IMG/VR virus record: IMGVR_UViG_3300031469_000005 | Location: 32,001 to 96,000 of that record | Length of the DNA: 64,000 nt | Direction: 5' to 3' (one strand) | DNA from: a virus | Part shown: positions 37,175 to 46,014 of the stretch, piece by piece | How positions within the stretch are numbered: position 1 is the first letter of the stretch | How the letters are laid out: each line of letters starts with the position of its first letter | Program-made: the position numbers and the translations under genes | Notes under the pieces: model-generated | The model's database searches: none | What the model was told of the DNA's origin: nothing | What the model saw: the letters and a program-made list of their open reading frames with translations, nothing else

Positions 37175-37434
37175 CGGGCGAAAATAGACCAATGGCAATC
37201 AATCAGAAAAACAGCAGTAACTTAAACGATGACGATTACTTTTTCTTCGTGAATTGTGATCGGTGCGACAAGGCGGCGAAGAAGTGTGCGAAGGATCATG
37301 GTGCCGCCGCAGACAACGCTAGGGCGGAGGGGTTCATTACAATCCCGGGAGCAAAGAGCACCTCTCCACGATCGTGGTTATGCATGACATGCAAATCACC
37401 TCAAACGGCGATCAACCACGACCCTAGAATTTGA
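37171..37434 (+). CDS. Zn-finger protein (CDRC...CMTC)
   Basis: Two CxxC pairs. Confidence 0.6.
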   Translation: MTGENRPMAINQKNSSNLNDDDYFFFVNCDRCDKAAKKCAKDHGAAADNARAEGFITIPGAKSTSPRSWLCMTCKSPQTAINHDPRI

Positions 37435-37437
37435 ACG

Positions 37438-37974
37438 ATGGCGATCAACGTCATCTTTGGTAAAGGCGGAGGACGGATCGATAAAAATCGCATCAACGAT
37501 ATCGATCTTGCTTTAGACCTACATAATCGAGCGTTCGAGCTTGAAAAGGATCCTCGAACGTTGCACATTGCGAAGCAACTTTACGAGGAATCAATCAGGA
37601 TAAATCCGTACCTGTACGAATCGTTGTATAATCTCGCAATCTACGAGCACAAGGAGGGGAACGATGCTCGGGCGGAAGAACTTTGGCGACGATGTTTTGA
37701 CTCCCACTTAGGTTCACTTGCGGCTGCGAGTCTGGGACTGATGAATCTGAACAACAAGAATTGGGATGAAGCGGTAATCAACCTATCGCTGGCAATCAAA
37801 TTAAATCCAACAGCAATTGAAGCTTACCATAACCTCGCATTCGTGTACAGCAACGTGGGTTTGGTCATGTCAGAGAAGAGGTGCTGGCAACGGGTCCTTG
37901 AACTTGATCCACAAAACAAGCACTCAAAGATGATCCAAGACCGCCTGAAGTACATCAACAAACATGCAATGTGA
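37438..37974 (+). CDS. TPR-repeat protein
   Basis: Repeated A...Y..AI.LNP...EAY.NL pattern. Confidence 0.8.
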   Translation: MAINVIFGKGGGRIDKNRINDIDLALDLHNRAFELEKDPRTLHIAKQLYEESIRINPYLYESLYNLAIYEHKEGNDARAEELWRRCFDSHLGSLAAASLGLMNLNNKNWDEAVINLSLAIKLNPTAIEAYHNLAFVYSNVGLVMSEKRCWQRVLELDPQNKHSKMIQDRLKYINKHAM

Positions 37975-37979
37975 ACGTC

Positions 37980-38138
37980 ATGAAAAAGAAGAACGTCAAA
38001 CCTCGAAATCACGAGCTCGCGGTCGTCCTAAAGAATGATCCTGCGCGGCTCAAGATTCGTACGGTTGAAAGCGAGCAAAAGAAGCTCATCAAGTCACGTT
38101 CAAGACGAAAATCATTGAATCAAGACATTGAGGAATAA
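37980..38138 (+). CDS. Small basic protein, weakly ArfA-like (52 aa)
   Basis: Read from sequence: KPRNHELAVVLKNDPARLKIRTVES...KSRSRRK. Confidence 0.45.
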   Translation: MKKKNVKPRNHELAVVLKNDPARLKIRTVESEQKKLIKSRSRRKSLNQDIEE

Positions 38139-38180
38139 TGAGTGTTTTCGTCCGTAAACTATGTTAAGATTGATCTACAC

Positions 38181-38468
38181 ATGATGAATTCCGCCCCTCC
38201 CTCGAAAAAGAAAAGCATGGGCATCGTCCTGGGAGATCACCTTTCCGATGCTGAGGAAATGCTTCCCACAAGGCGTGATACGTTGCCAAGCGTTCTCGAT
38301 GGCGTTGAAGGTTCAGCGACGGTAATCGATCTCGATTCGATCCAGTTCAACGATCCCGTCAAATACGCAGAGGTTTCTCGAATCGTTCATGAGCTCGCGA
38401 ACGTGCTTGATGGTCGGATCATCTTGAAACACAAGGGTTCAATCGTTCGAGAAATTGGTTCTCGATGA
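38181..38468 (+). CDS. Hypothetical protein
   Basis: Class A promoter at 38142-38170. Confidence 0.55.
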   Translation: MMNSAPPSKKKSMGIVLGDHLSDAEEMLPTRRDTLPSVLDGVEGSATVIDLDSIQFNDPVKYAEVSRIVHELANVLDGRIILKHKGSIVREIGSR

Positions 38469-38731
38469 AATTGAATCCCGGCGACCTCGTAAAGACGAGC
38501 CTTGTCGCAACGCACATGTCACGTAACACAATTCAATTGACGAATGTTCCGTCATTGCAGATCAAAAATGGACCAAGAACGCCGGGTACAGCGTTAGTTG
38601 TCACGGGTTTATTGGGTCAAAATGACACCGCTATCGTCATTTCAACGACCAACGATTCGCGTTACGCCTTCATCGTTTGTCCGGGTGGCGTGGGATACGT
38701 GTACGGTGCAATGTTGACGTTGGTCGGTTAA
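38465..38731 (+). CDS. Small PGD-family/SH3-like protein
   Basis: MKLNPGDLV...AIVIS...GVGYV. Confidence 0.6.
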   Translation: MKLNPGDLVKTSLVATHMSRNTIQLTNVPSLQIKNGPRTPGTALVVTGLLGQNDTAIVISTTNDSRYAFIVCPGGVGYVYGAMLTLVG

Positions 38732-38771
38732 AAAATTTTGTTCTTTCCTCACGAAAGTGTTAGGATCAATC

Positions 38772-39200
38772 ATGCACAACGATACCAAGTCAAAGTTCAA
38801 TAAGTTCGTCAAGGAACTTTTCGGTGTTCACTCCACTCGAGACAACACGGTCGAAGAAACTTGGACGATGGGGGGTCTGACGGGAGGAAGTTGTTGGAGC
38901 GCCGACGACGGAGCCGATACACCCGTCGACCCCGATCCGGAACCCGAGCTCGGAGGACTTGACAAGCTGCTCGAAATCTTTTATCCCAACATCACGTACT
39001 TGCAGTACAAGAAGCTCGTAGCTGAGATCGTTCAACGTGAGACGTACCGTCAGTCTGAGTACTACGGCAACTGCTACGTCAAAGGTGTCAAGAAATTCAA
39101 CATCGACGTGCTCTGTGACTACCTCGATGATGCTTGTCCCAATTTCACTGAAACTCTCGACAATGTCATCGCGAAGGTCGAAGCGGGCGAAGAGGTATGA
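38772..39200 (+). CDS. Phage hypothetical protein (W..GG.TGGSCW, EYYGN)
   Basis: Class A promoter upstream. Confidence 0.7.
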   Translation: MHNDTKSKFNKFVKELFGVHSTRDNTVEETWTMGGLTGGSCWSADDGADTPVDPDPEPELGGLDKLLEIFYPNITYLQYKKLVAEIVQRETYRQSEYYGNCYVKGVKKFNIDVLCDYLDDACPNFTETLDNVIAKVEAGEEV

Positions 39201-39577
39201 AAAAGATCACCGCGATCGTGGGCCTTCCCGGCTCAGGAAAGACTGAGTACGCGAAAAGCTTGAACGATCAGGCGATCCTGATCGACGATCCCAAGCTCTT
39301 CGAAAACGACGTTGAGCCTTTCTTGAATGGTGATAAAGACATCGTCATCACCGACCCGTGGTTTTGTCTAACGGTGGTTCGAGCGGCGGCGGAAATTCAC
39401 TTCAAAAACTACGGGTTCGAAGTGACATGGGTTTTCTTTGAGAACGATGTCAAAGCTTGCACAGAAAACTACAAACGACGGCATCCCACGAAGAACGTGT
39501 CACACGACATCAAGTGGTTTTCGTCCAAGTACTCAATTCCCGAAAATACGGTGACGGTTCCCGTCTGGAAGCCATGA
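39197..39577 (+). CDS. P-loop kinase (AAA_33/Pnkp-kinase-like)
   Basis: IVGLPGSGKT, IDD, C.EN..RR. Confidence 0.75.
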   Translation: MKKITAIVGLPGSGKTEYAKSLNDQAILIDDPKLFENDVEPFLNGDKDIVITDPWFCLTVVRAAAEIHFKNYGFEVTWVFFENDVKACTENYKRRHPTKNVSHDIKWFSSKYSIPENTVTVPVWKP

Positions 39578-39996
39578 CAATGAAAGAGATCAATTCATTT
39601 TCGAACGAATTTGCATTCCTTTCAAATTTCTACACGAGCGAAGTGGTGCTTGATGGTTCGTCGTACCCGACCGTCGAACACGCGTACCAAGCTGCGAAAA
39701 CGTTTGATTCGGTTCAAAGAAACGAAATTCGTTCTGCAAAAACGCCCGGAATCGCAAAGAAACTTGGCCGAAAGGTCACGCTTCGTGATGATTGGGAACA
39801 AGAGAAGATCTCAGTGATGAGAAATCTTCTCGAACAAAAGTTTTCACAGCCCGATCTTTTGCTCGCGTTGCAATCAACGAAGGGTTTCGATCTCGTCGAA
39901 GGTAATTGGTGGGGTGATGTGTTCTGGGGTGTGTGTCGCGGCGTTGGACAAAACTGGCTCGGAATTCTCTTGATGGAAATTCGAGACATGAAATGA
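39574..39996 (+). CDS. NADAR (YbiA-like) family protein
   Basis: FLSNFY, YPTVEHAYQAAK, AKKLGR, KFSQ, LVEGN.WGD.FWG...GQNWLG.LLMEIR. Confidence 0.92.
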   Translation: MTMKEINSFSNEFAFLSNFYTSEVVLDGSSYPTVEHAYQAAKTFDSVQRNEIRSAKTPGIAKKLGRKVTLRDDWEQEKISVMRNLLEQKFSQPDLLLALQSTKGFDLVEGNWWGDVFWGVCRGVGQNWLGILLMEIRDMK

Positions 39997-40199
39997 AACA
40001 GATCAAAATCAAAAATCTTTTTCCTGGTGATTTGATATTGTCGTCGTCGGCACCTGAAACACGCTGCGTGGTAATTGCAAATCTTCGTCATATACGAAAA
40101 GGTGAAGAAATTTCGGATCAAAGGAAGATAATCTATCTTCAAAATTTCGAGGTGAAACAATTCATTGCTCATGTAGGATCACTTGCAGATATCGCGTAA
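39993..40199 (+). CDS. Small PGD-family protein
   Basis: IKNLFPGDLIL...VVIA. Confidence 0.6.
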   Translation: MKQIKIKNLFPGDLILSSSAPETRCVVIANLRHIRKGEEISDQRKIIYLQNFEVKQFIAHVGSLADIA

Positions 40200-40229
40200 C
40201 AAGCATGTCAAAAGTTTGTAGAATTTTAC

Positions 40230-40934
40230 ATGTTTTCACTTAAACAAATCCGTCCCAAAGTTTTCCACCTTGAATTCGATTCCTGGATGGAATTGTCAAT
40301 GACGTTCGTTCGTTACCAGGAATTTTACGAGTCGAAGTACGATCACATTCGTGATAGTCGTTTCACCCTTGTTGAACACATGGGAGCATACCGTAGAGAG
40401 TATCTGGAGAACAATGACGAGCTTTGGTGTTATCCAACCGACTGGGCGGGATATAATCTACCCGCGAGTGTCATCAAGCAAGTTCACGATCTCGGAATTC
40501 CTGATCCGAATCATTACGATTCATTGATGCTGGGAATCTACGGAATGATCATGTGCGAGACGATGGGCAAAGCCGCGTACATCATCGGAACCTACGTTCA
40601 CGAAGGCGAAGACGAGAATGCGGGTGCTTTGACCATGAAGCATGAACTCACCCATGCGTTGTTTGCAACCAATGATGAGTACCGCGAAAAGGTGCTAGAG
40701 ATCATTAACTCGGTTTCTGTGGAGCTTCGAGAGAAGCTAATAGGAATCCTTGCAAAGAACAATTATCCTCGTAAGACCGCCCTGGATGAGATTAATGCCT
40801 ATCTAACGACGGGTGGAGGAGGTTACTTTGATCACGTTGAAGATGAACTTCCCGAGTTCGATGATCTCAAAGCAAGTTTGAAAAAGTTGCACAAGATTTA
40901 TTACACGAAGTTCATGGAAGATGATGAGGAATAA
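40230..40934 (+). CDS. Putative zincin metallopeptidase
   Basis: HELTHA and downstream DEINAY; R.QEFYES, DWAGYN. Confidence 0.65.
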   Translation: MFSLKQIRPKVFHLEFDSWMELSMTFVRYQEFYESKYDHIRDSRFTLVEHMGAYRREYLENNDELWCYPTDWAGYNLPASVIKQVHDLGIPDPNHYDSLMLGIYGMIMCETMGKAAYIIGTYVHEGEDENAGALTMKHELTHALFATNDEYREKVLEIINSVSVELREKLIGILAKNNYPRKTALDEINAYLTTGGGGYFDHVEDELPEFDDLKASLKKLHKIYYTKFMEDDEE

Positions 40935-41909
40935 TTGAAAACAGTTCTGATCACGGGCTCAGCGGGATTTATCGGGAGCAATCTCGTGTCGCGTTTCTTG
41001 AATTTGGGTTGGAGGGTTTTGGGAATTGATGATTTCTCATCATCTTCAATGATCTCAAGACACCACGTTGAACTCTTGAAGAATGAGAACTACATGTTCA
41101 ACAAAATGAGCATCGATAACGATACGTTCTACGGCACGTACAAGTACGAGATCGGAAAGATAGATCTGATCCTCAATTTTGCATGTCCTGCTTCGCCGCC
41201 AAAGTACCAAGCTTTACCGTTGAAGACGATGGACACGTGTTACACAGGAACGAAGAACGTTCTTGAACTTGCAAAGACGCTGGGGTGTCGTGTCATTCAT
41301 GCTTCGACATCGGAAGTTTACGGTGATCCAGTGTCGTCTCCTCAGGCTGAAAGTGACTGGGGAAACGTGAATTGTTTCGGTCCACGTTCATGTTACGATG
41401 AAGGTAAACGTGTCGCGGAAACGCTGGTCTTTGAATTCCAGAAACGTGACGTCGATGTGAGAATGATCAGGATCTTCAATACGTACGGCACGAACATGGA
41501 TCCCTTCGACGGAAGGGTCGTCACGAACTTCATTCGACAAGCGTTGAACGATGAAAACATTACGATGTACGGCGATGGTTCCCAATCACGCAGTTTTTGC
41601 TACATCGATGATCTAGTGAACGGTATCGTTTCATTGAGCCAGATCGAGTCGGGTGACGTAAAGCGTCCAATCAACCTAGGCAATGCAACTGAATTCACGA
41701 TGTACGAGTTAGCGAACTTAGTCCTGAAGCTCATTCCCGAATCGAAGTCCCAAATGGTGTTCGAATTGCTTCCGATCGATGATCCGCGACAACGTCGTCC
41801 CGATCTTTCAAAGGCGAAGCAATTGCTTGGGTACGAAACAAAATTTTCGCTTGAAGAAGGCTTGATTCGTACGATCGCGTACATTCGAAGCCTCAAGAGC
41901 GGTCTCTAA
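40935..41909 (+). CDS. UDP-glucuronate decarboxylase (UDP-xylose synthase), extended SDR
   Basis: TGSAGFIGS, ACPASP..YQ, STSEVYGDP, GPRSCYDEGKR, RIFNTYG, DGRVV, DDPRQRRPD. Confidence 0.93.
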   Translation: MKTVLITGSAGFIGSNLVSRFLNLGWRVLGIDDFSSSSMISRHHVELLKNENYMFNKMSIDNDTFYGTYKYEIGKIDLILNFACPASPPKYQALPLKTMDTCYTGTKNVLELAKTLGCRVIHASTSEVYGDPVSSPQAESDWGNVNCFGPRSCYDEGKRVAETLVFEFQKRDVDVRMIRIFNTYGTNMDPFDGRVVTNFIRQALNDENITMYGDGSQSRSFCYIDDLVNGIVSLSQIESGDVKRPINLGNATEFTMYELANLVLKLIPESKSQMVFELLPIDDPRQRRPDLSKAKQLLGYETKFSLEEGLIRTIAYIRSLKSGL

Positions 41910-41946
41910 AGAATTTCTGAATCCTTAATTGGGTTTCCCCAATTCA

Positions 41947-42201
41947 ATGAAGCGAATTAATTCTACGACAACGTCGGTAAAGGTGGCTGATTTGTTACCG
42001 GGTGACAATGTTTATTACAGAACTTATTTATCTGTGATAAGTTTTCTTGTCATTAGCTGCGGCGAGAAAGTTCTAATCCTTCAGAAAAAGGATAACAAAT
42101 CACCCGAATTCGCAGAAATAGCCATGAGCAACGAAGGTATAATTCGTACTGATGCGTACATCGTACGAAACGGTGAACTCATTTTCAAAGGCAGATCGTG
42201 A
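41947..42201 (+). CDS. Small PGD-family protein
   Basis: VADLLPGD...LVIS...IVRNGELI. Confidence 0.65.
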   Translation: MKRINSTTTSVKVADLLPGDNVYYRTYLSVISFLVISCGEKVLILQKKDNKSPEFAEIAMSNEGIIRTDAYIVRNGELIFKGRS

Positions 42202-42443
42202 AGTACGGTCAACTTCGTCCGGGTGATATGTTTGTTTACGAAACATCCGGACCAGGTCGACAACTACGATCAGTTCTCGTGATTGGTAATCACGATGATG
42301 ATCATCACGAAGTTTTGATGGTGAGATCACCCGGTTGCGTATGTAGCGTCATTCGATGGATACTATCGTTCGATAGATTGATCACGTCAGACGTTAAGGT
42401 GATCCACCTTACCAAAGGTCACGAACGAATGGGTCAGTCATGA
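42198..42443 (+). CDS. Small PGD-family protein
   Basis: YGQLRPGDMFV...LVIG. Confidence 0.6.
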   Translation: MKYGQLRPGDMFVYETSGPGRQLRSVLVIGNHDDDHHEVLMVRSPGCVCSVIRWILSFDRLITSDVKVIHLTKGHERMGQS

Positions 42444-42615
42444 CGTACGGATCGTTCTCGCTCGATGGCGGCACGGGGCCGTAATCATTTTCCCAGGTCG
42501 TTGATGCGTCCTCGAGATGAGCTGATAGATCCTCGTCATCAGACGTGTCAAGAGCGCCGGTCCCGATGATCATTGCTTCAATGAATTTTCGTAAGAGTGC
42601 GTGATCGTTCTTCAC
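42409..42615 (-). CDS. Small protein with LLRKFIEAMI leader
   Basis: ATAGTTA 5 nt upstream; GPVPP...DPYV..DPF. Confidence 0.6.
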   Translation of the reverse strand: MKNDHALLRKFIEAMIIGTGALDTSDDEDLSAHLEDASTTWENDYGPVPPSSENDPYVMTDPFVRDLW

Positions 42616-42655
42616 GAATCTAACTATTCGTTGCTAGACACTTGCTTTCATCACA

Positions 42656-43561
42656 TCAACTGTCAAAGTAAGCCTTAACGTTCCTTTGGCTTCCAATGAT
42701 GATCGAACTTCGATCATGGATCGTTTCAGGATGCTTTGAAATGATCGATTCGTTGTTCGTGTCCTTCGCAGTACCCATTGCGGTCTCGAAAATGAACGCG
42801 AACGGGATCGCTTCGTACAACAATCGCAATTTGCCTTGAGGCGTCCTCGAATTCTCAGGATACATGAAAATGCCTCCCTTGAAAAGAATCCTGTGAAGAT
42901 CGGCAACCATGCAACCGTAGTTACGCGTGTTGTGTCCAGCCTTCTTCGCATTTTGCACGTAGGAGTTCGTGAGATCATCTTTCGTTAACCAAATATGTTG
43001 GTACGCTTCGTTGATCGAGTAGAACTTTGCATATGCAGGACATTTGATGCTTGAATGCGTGAGGGTGTACTCTTCGCTTTTGAAGAAACTTCCCGTTTTC
43101 TTCAATGCAAAACCTCGAACGATCCCACCTTTTGCGAGGATGAGAAGCGTCGAAGCTCCATAAAGAACGTAGCCCGCTGCAACAACGTTATCATGAGAAT
43201 CCCTGATCGCGAATATCGTTCCCGTTGAAAGGTTCAAATCAACGTTTGAAGAACCATCGAGAGGATCAAGCAACACATGGTAATTCGCCAGGCGATTCGA
43301 GATGACGGGCCGCTCGTTCTCTTCAGAGAGAATCTTTGTGCATAGTTTGCTGTCATCCAGCATCGTTAGGAAGACACTATTGACATGAGAATCCAACGTG
43401 TTCACATCGTCGCCGTACACGTTCTTTTTTTCGTCGTATATCGTGCCATTCACGACGGCGTCATTGATTGCTTTGCTTGCTTTGATCGAAGCATTCGCAA
43501 TCACGCCAATGATACGATCAACATCCGAACCGTCCAGAAAAATCGACAGTGAAGAATTCAT
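42656..43561 (-). CDS. fbp: Fructose-1,6-bisphosphatase class I
   Basis: N.YGD...LD, SEE, DPLDGSSN, GY.LYG, YSINE, MVADLHR...GGIFMYP, GKLRLLYE. Confidence 0.93.
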   Translation of the reverse strand: MNSSLSIFLDGSDVDRIIGVIANASIKASKAINDAVVNGTIYDEKKNVYGDDVNTLDSHVNSVFLTMLDDSKLCTKILSEENERPVISNRLANYHVLLDPLDGSSNVDLNLSTGTIFAIRDSHDNVVAAGYVLYGASTLLILAKGGIVRGFALKKTGSFFKSEEYTLTHSSIKCPAYAKFYSINEAYQHIWLTKDDLTNSYVQNAKKAGHNTRNYGCMVADLHRILFKGGIFMYPENSRTPQGKLRLLYEAIPFAFIFETAMGTAKDTNNESIISKHPETIHDRSSIIIGSQRNVKAYFDS

Positions 43562-43576
43562 AATGTTTTCAGTTTT

Positions 43577-43831
43577 TTATGATTTGCGCCAGGTGATACG
43601 GCCTCTCGAGAGATCGTAAGGACTAACTTCGCACTTGACTTGATCACCAACAAGAATTCGAATCTTGTTTTGTCGTAGACGACCGGCGAGACCCGCTAGA
43701 ATCTGTGTTCCACCGGGAATTTCAACCTTGAACAAGGTTCCGGGAAGTGATTCGACGATCTCACCTTCGAACTCAATTCGATCTTCGCGTTCGCTTTTTG
43801 AGACAGTCTTGTCCTGCTTAGACTTCTTCAT
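43577..43831 (-). CDS. infA: Translation initiation factor IF-1
   Basis: IEFEGEIVESLP...F.V...LAG..R.N.IRIL.GD.V..E.SPYDL.RGRI..R. Confidence 0.93.
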   Translation of the reverse strand: MKKSKQDKTVSKSEREDRIEFEGEIVESLPGTLFKVEIPGGTQILAGLAGRLRQNKIRILVGDQVKCEVSPYDLSRGRITWRKS

Positions 43832-43851
43832 TTCTAGAATATATTCTCTCG

Positions 43852-44061
43852 TTAGACGAATGTGCAATATTTTGAATGAATGAATGTGAGCTCGTTAGAG
43901 AACAACGGGCCCTGAATAGTCCTGCCGAAAAAGACGTAAAAAACATCGAGTGGCGAATTGCTTGTATTCTTTGAAACGTACGAGTTTGCTGGAACGACGC
44001 TGATGACAACACCCACGTTCTTTGTTTTTTTCAGTTGTACTAAATCCCCAATTGAATTCAT
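43852..44061 (-). CDS. Small KOW/PGD-family-like protein
   Basis: IGDLVQL...VGVVISV. Confidence 0.55.
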   Translation of the reverse strand: MNSIGDLVQLKKTKNVGVVISVVPANSYVSKNTSNSPLDVFYVFFGRTIQGPLFSNELTFIHSKYCTFV

Positions 44062-44078
44062 ATGGGATATGTAGCTCA

Positions 44079-45698
44079 TTACTCAACTTCGCGTGAATCT
44101 ACGTTTTCGGAGTGTACGACAGCGTCCATTGAAAGGTACGTGATTGCCACGGAGGACGCATGCTCAAGAGCGAACCGTGTCACCTTAACGGGATCAATGA
44201 TTCCATTTTCAAGCATGTTCACGAACGTTTCATTCCTAGCGTCGTATCCAAAATGTTCATGAGGGGGAATCTTTTCCTTCAACGATTCGAAGCTCTTCCC
44301 CGCGTTTTCAATGATTCGTTTGAAGGGAGCTTCACATGCATTCTTGACGATCTTTAGCCCCGCTGTGAATGCATCGACATCACGTTCGCCTGCCCGAGGT
44401 GAAAGCGTCATCACGTCCTGAGATGCCTTGTACAAAGCCATACCACCACCCGGTACGATACCCTCTTCAATCGCTGCTCGTGTAGCATTCAACGCATCCT
44501 CGACCCTGTCCCTTCGTTCGTGCATCTCAAGCTCGGTTGAACCACCAACACGAATTATGGCAACACCGTTGACAAGGGAAGCAATCCTCGAACGAATGAT
44601 TGATAGACGTTCGTACGATAATGACACATCACTGATTTGTACCTTGAGTTCCGTGATATGATCGCTTAACGAGTTAGATGAACCACCAATCAGCGTCGTT
44701 GATGATTTCGAAACAAGAATTTTTTTGCATGTTCCTAACTGGTCACGTTTGACGGATTTCAACGATGTACCATTGAACCTACCGATCAACGTCGCTCCAA
44801 TAAGCGCACAAATGTCAGATAAAAGTTCATTCCTATTGTCACCGAAACCCGGAGCTTTGATTGCAACAACGGGGAGATTTGCCTTCGAACGATTCAACAC
44901 GAGCGTTTGCATCGCTGTTTCATTCACATCGTCAGCAATTATCAGCAAGCTTTCCTTGCTTGCGATCATTGCATTCAACAGGTCAATGATGTCGCTGAGA
45001 TCCGAGATTTTTTCGTTCGTAACAAGAACACGACAATTATCGTATTCAACGATCATCTTTTCTTTGTTGTTAATGAAGTATGATGAAAGGTAACCCCTAT
45101 TGAGTTGCATTCCGTCGACAATATCGACGGTCGTGTCAATACCTTTACCGTCCTCAATGGTGATAATACCATCGTTCGAGACCTTCGAGATCGCCAAGGC
45201 GATCAATTCACCTATTTGTGTAGAACCATTCGCGCTAATCGTTGCAACGTTCTTCACATCGATGTTCGATGTCACATCGTTCTTGATAACTTTCAACCTT
45301 GCTAGAACGTGAGCAACGCCCGTAGTGATGCCGTTCTTCATCGAAAACGATGAATTACCAGCAATCGTGAACTTGTCACAATCGTTCACCAGCGACTGTG
45401 TCAGGATTGTTGCTGTCGTGGTGCCATCGCCAGCGAGCTCGTTCGTACGTTGAGCTGATTCTTGAATCAACCTCGAACCCATTTGCTCGAGAGGATCGCT
45501 GAAGTTGATCGATTTGCTAACGGTGACCCCATCCTTCGTGACGATCATTGAACCGTCAGGTTGTTGAATCAACACCGTTTTACCCCGCGGTCCAAGCGTG
45601 CACCCGACCGCATTCGCAGTCGCATTAAGCCCCTTTAACAGTTTTTTTCTAGCGTCACGAATGAACGTTACGTTCGTGAAAGGTTTTTCAATTGTCAC
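44079..45698 (-). CDS. groEL: Chaperonin GroEL (no GGM tail)
   Basis: TLGPRG, TKDGVTV, AGDGTTTAT, KAPGFGD, EDALNATRAA.EEGIVPGGG, GIIDP.KV.R. Confidence 0.95.
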   Translation of the reverse strand: MTIEKPFTNVTFIRDARKKLLKGLNATANAVGCTLGPRGKTVLIQQPDGSMIVTKDGVTVSKSINFSDPLEQMGSRLIQESAQRTNELAGDGTTTATILTQSLVNDCDKFTIAGNSSFSMKNGITTGVAHVLARLKVIKNDVTSNIDVKNVATISANGSTQIGELIALAISKVSNDGIITIEDGKGIDTTVDIVDGMQLNRGYLSSYFINNKEKMIVEYDNCRVLVTNEKISDLSDIIDLLNAMIASKESLLIIADDVNETAMQTLVLNRSKANLPVVAIKAPGFGDNRNELLSDICALIGATLIGRFNGTSLKSVKRDQLGTCKKILVSKSSTTLIGGSSNSLSDHITELKVQISDVSLSYERLSIIRSRIASLVNGVAIIRVGGSTELEMHERRDRVEDALNATRAAIEEGIVPGGGMALYKASQDVMTLSPRAGERDVDAFTAGLKIVKNACEAPFKRIIENAGKSFESLKEKIPPHEHFGYDARNETFVNMLENGIIDPVKVTRFALEHASSVAITYLSMDAVVHSENVDSREVE

Positions 45699-45712
45699 GT
45701 TGAAATTCTAAT

Positions 45713-45979
45713 TCAATCCTTGACAATGTATATGAAAAGCGCCCTCCCGCGACGCCAGGCGACGGCAACCGATCCCGATAGGTACTTTTCCAACATGTCA
45801 CTCATATGAAACGTGTAGTTCGTTTTCAACGAATGTCGAATCTTTCGTTCTGAAAAATCGATCGTATTCAAGCCCCTAAATGAACGGACGTTGTTACAAT
45901 GAATTTGAAATTCAGTCGTACCGCTTGAAGGTTCGATTGAGGCTGAGCTGGTGTTTCTTGTGACCCTTGTGAGGTTCAT
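45713..45979 (-). CDS. Hypothetical protein
   Basis: ATAGTTA 5 nt upstream. Confidence 0.6.
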   Translation of the reverse strand: MNLTRVTRNTSSASIEPSSGTTEFQIHCNNVRSFRGLNTIDFSERKIRHSLKTNYTFHMSDMLEKYLSGSVAVAWRRGRALFIYIVKD

Positions 45980-46014
45980 GATCGTAACTATACGATCAAC
46001 CTCCGATCGAGCAT

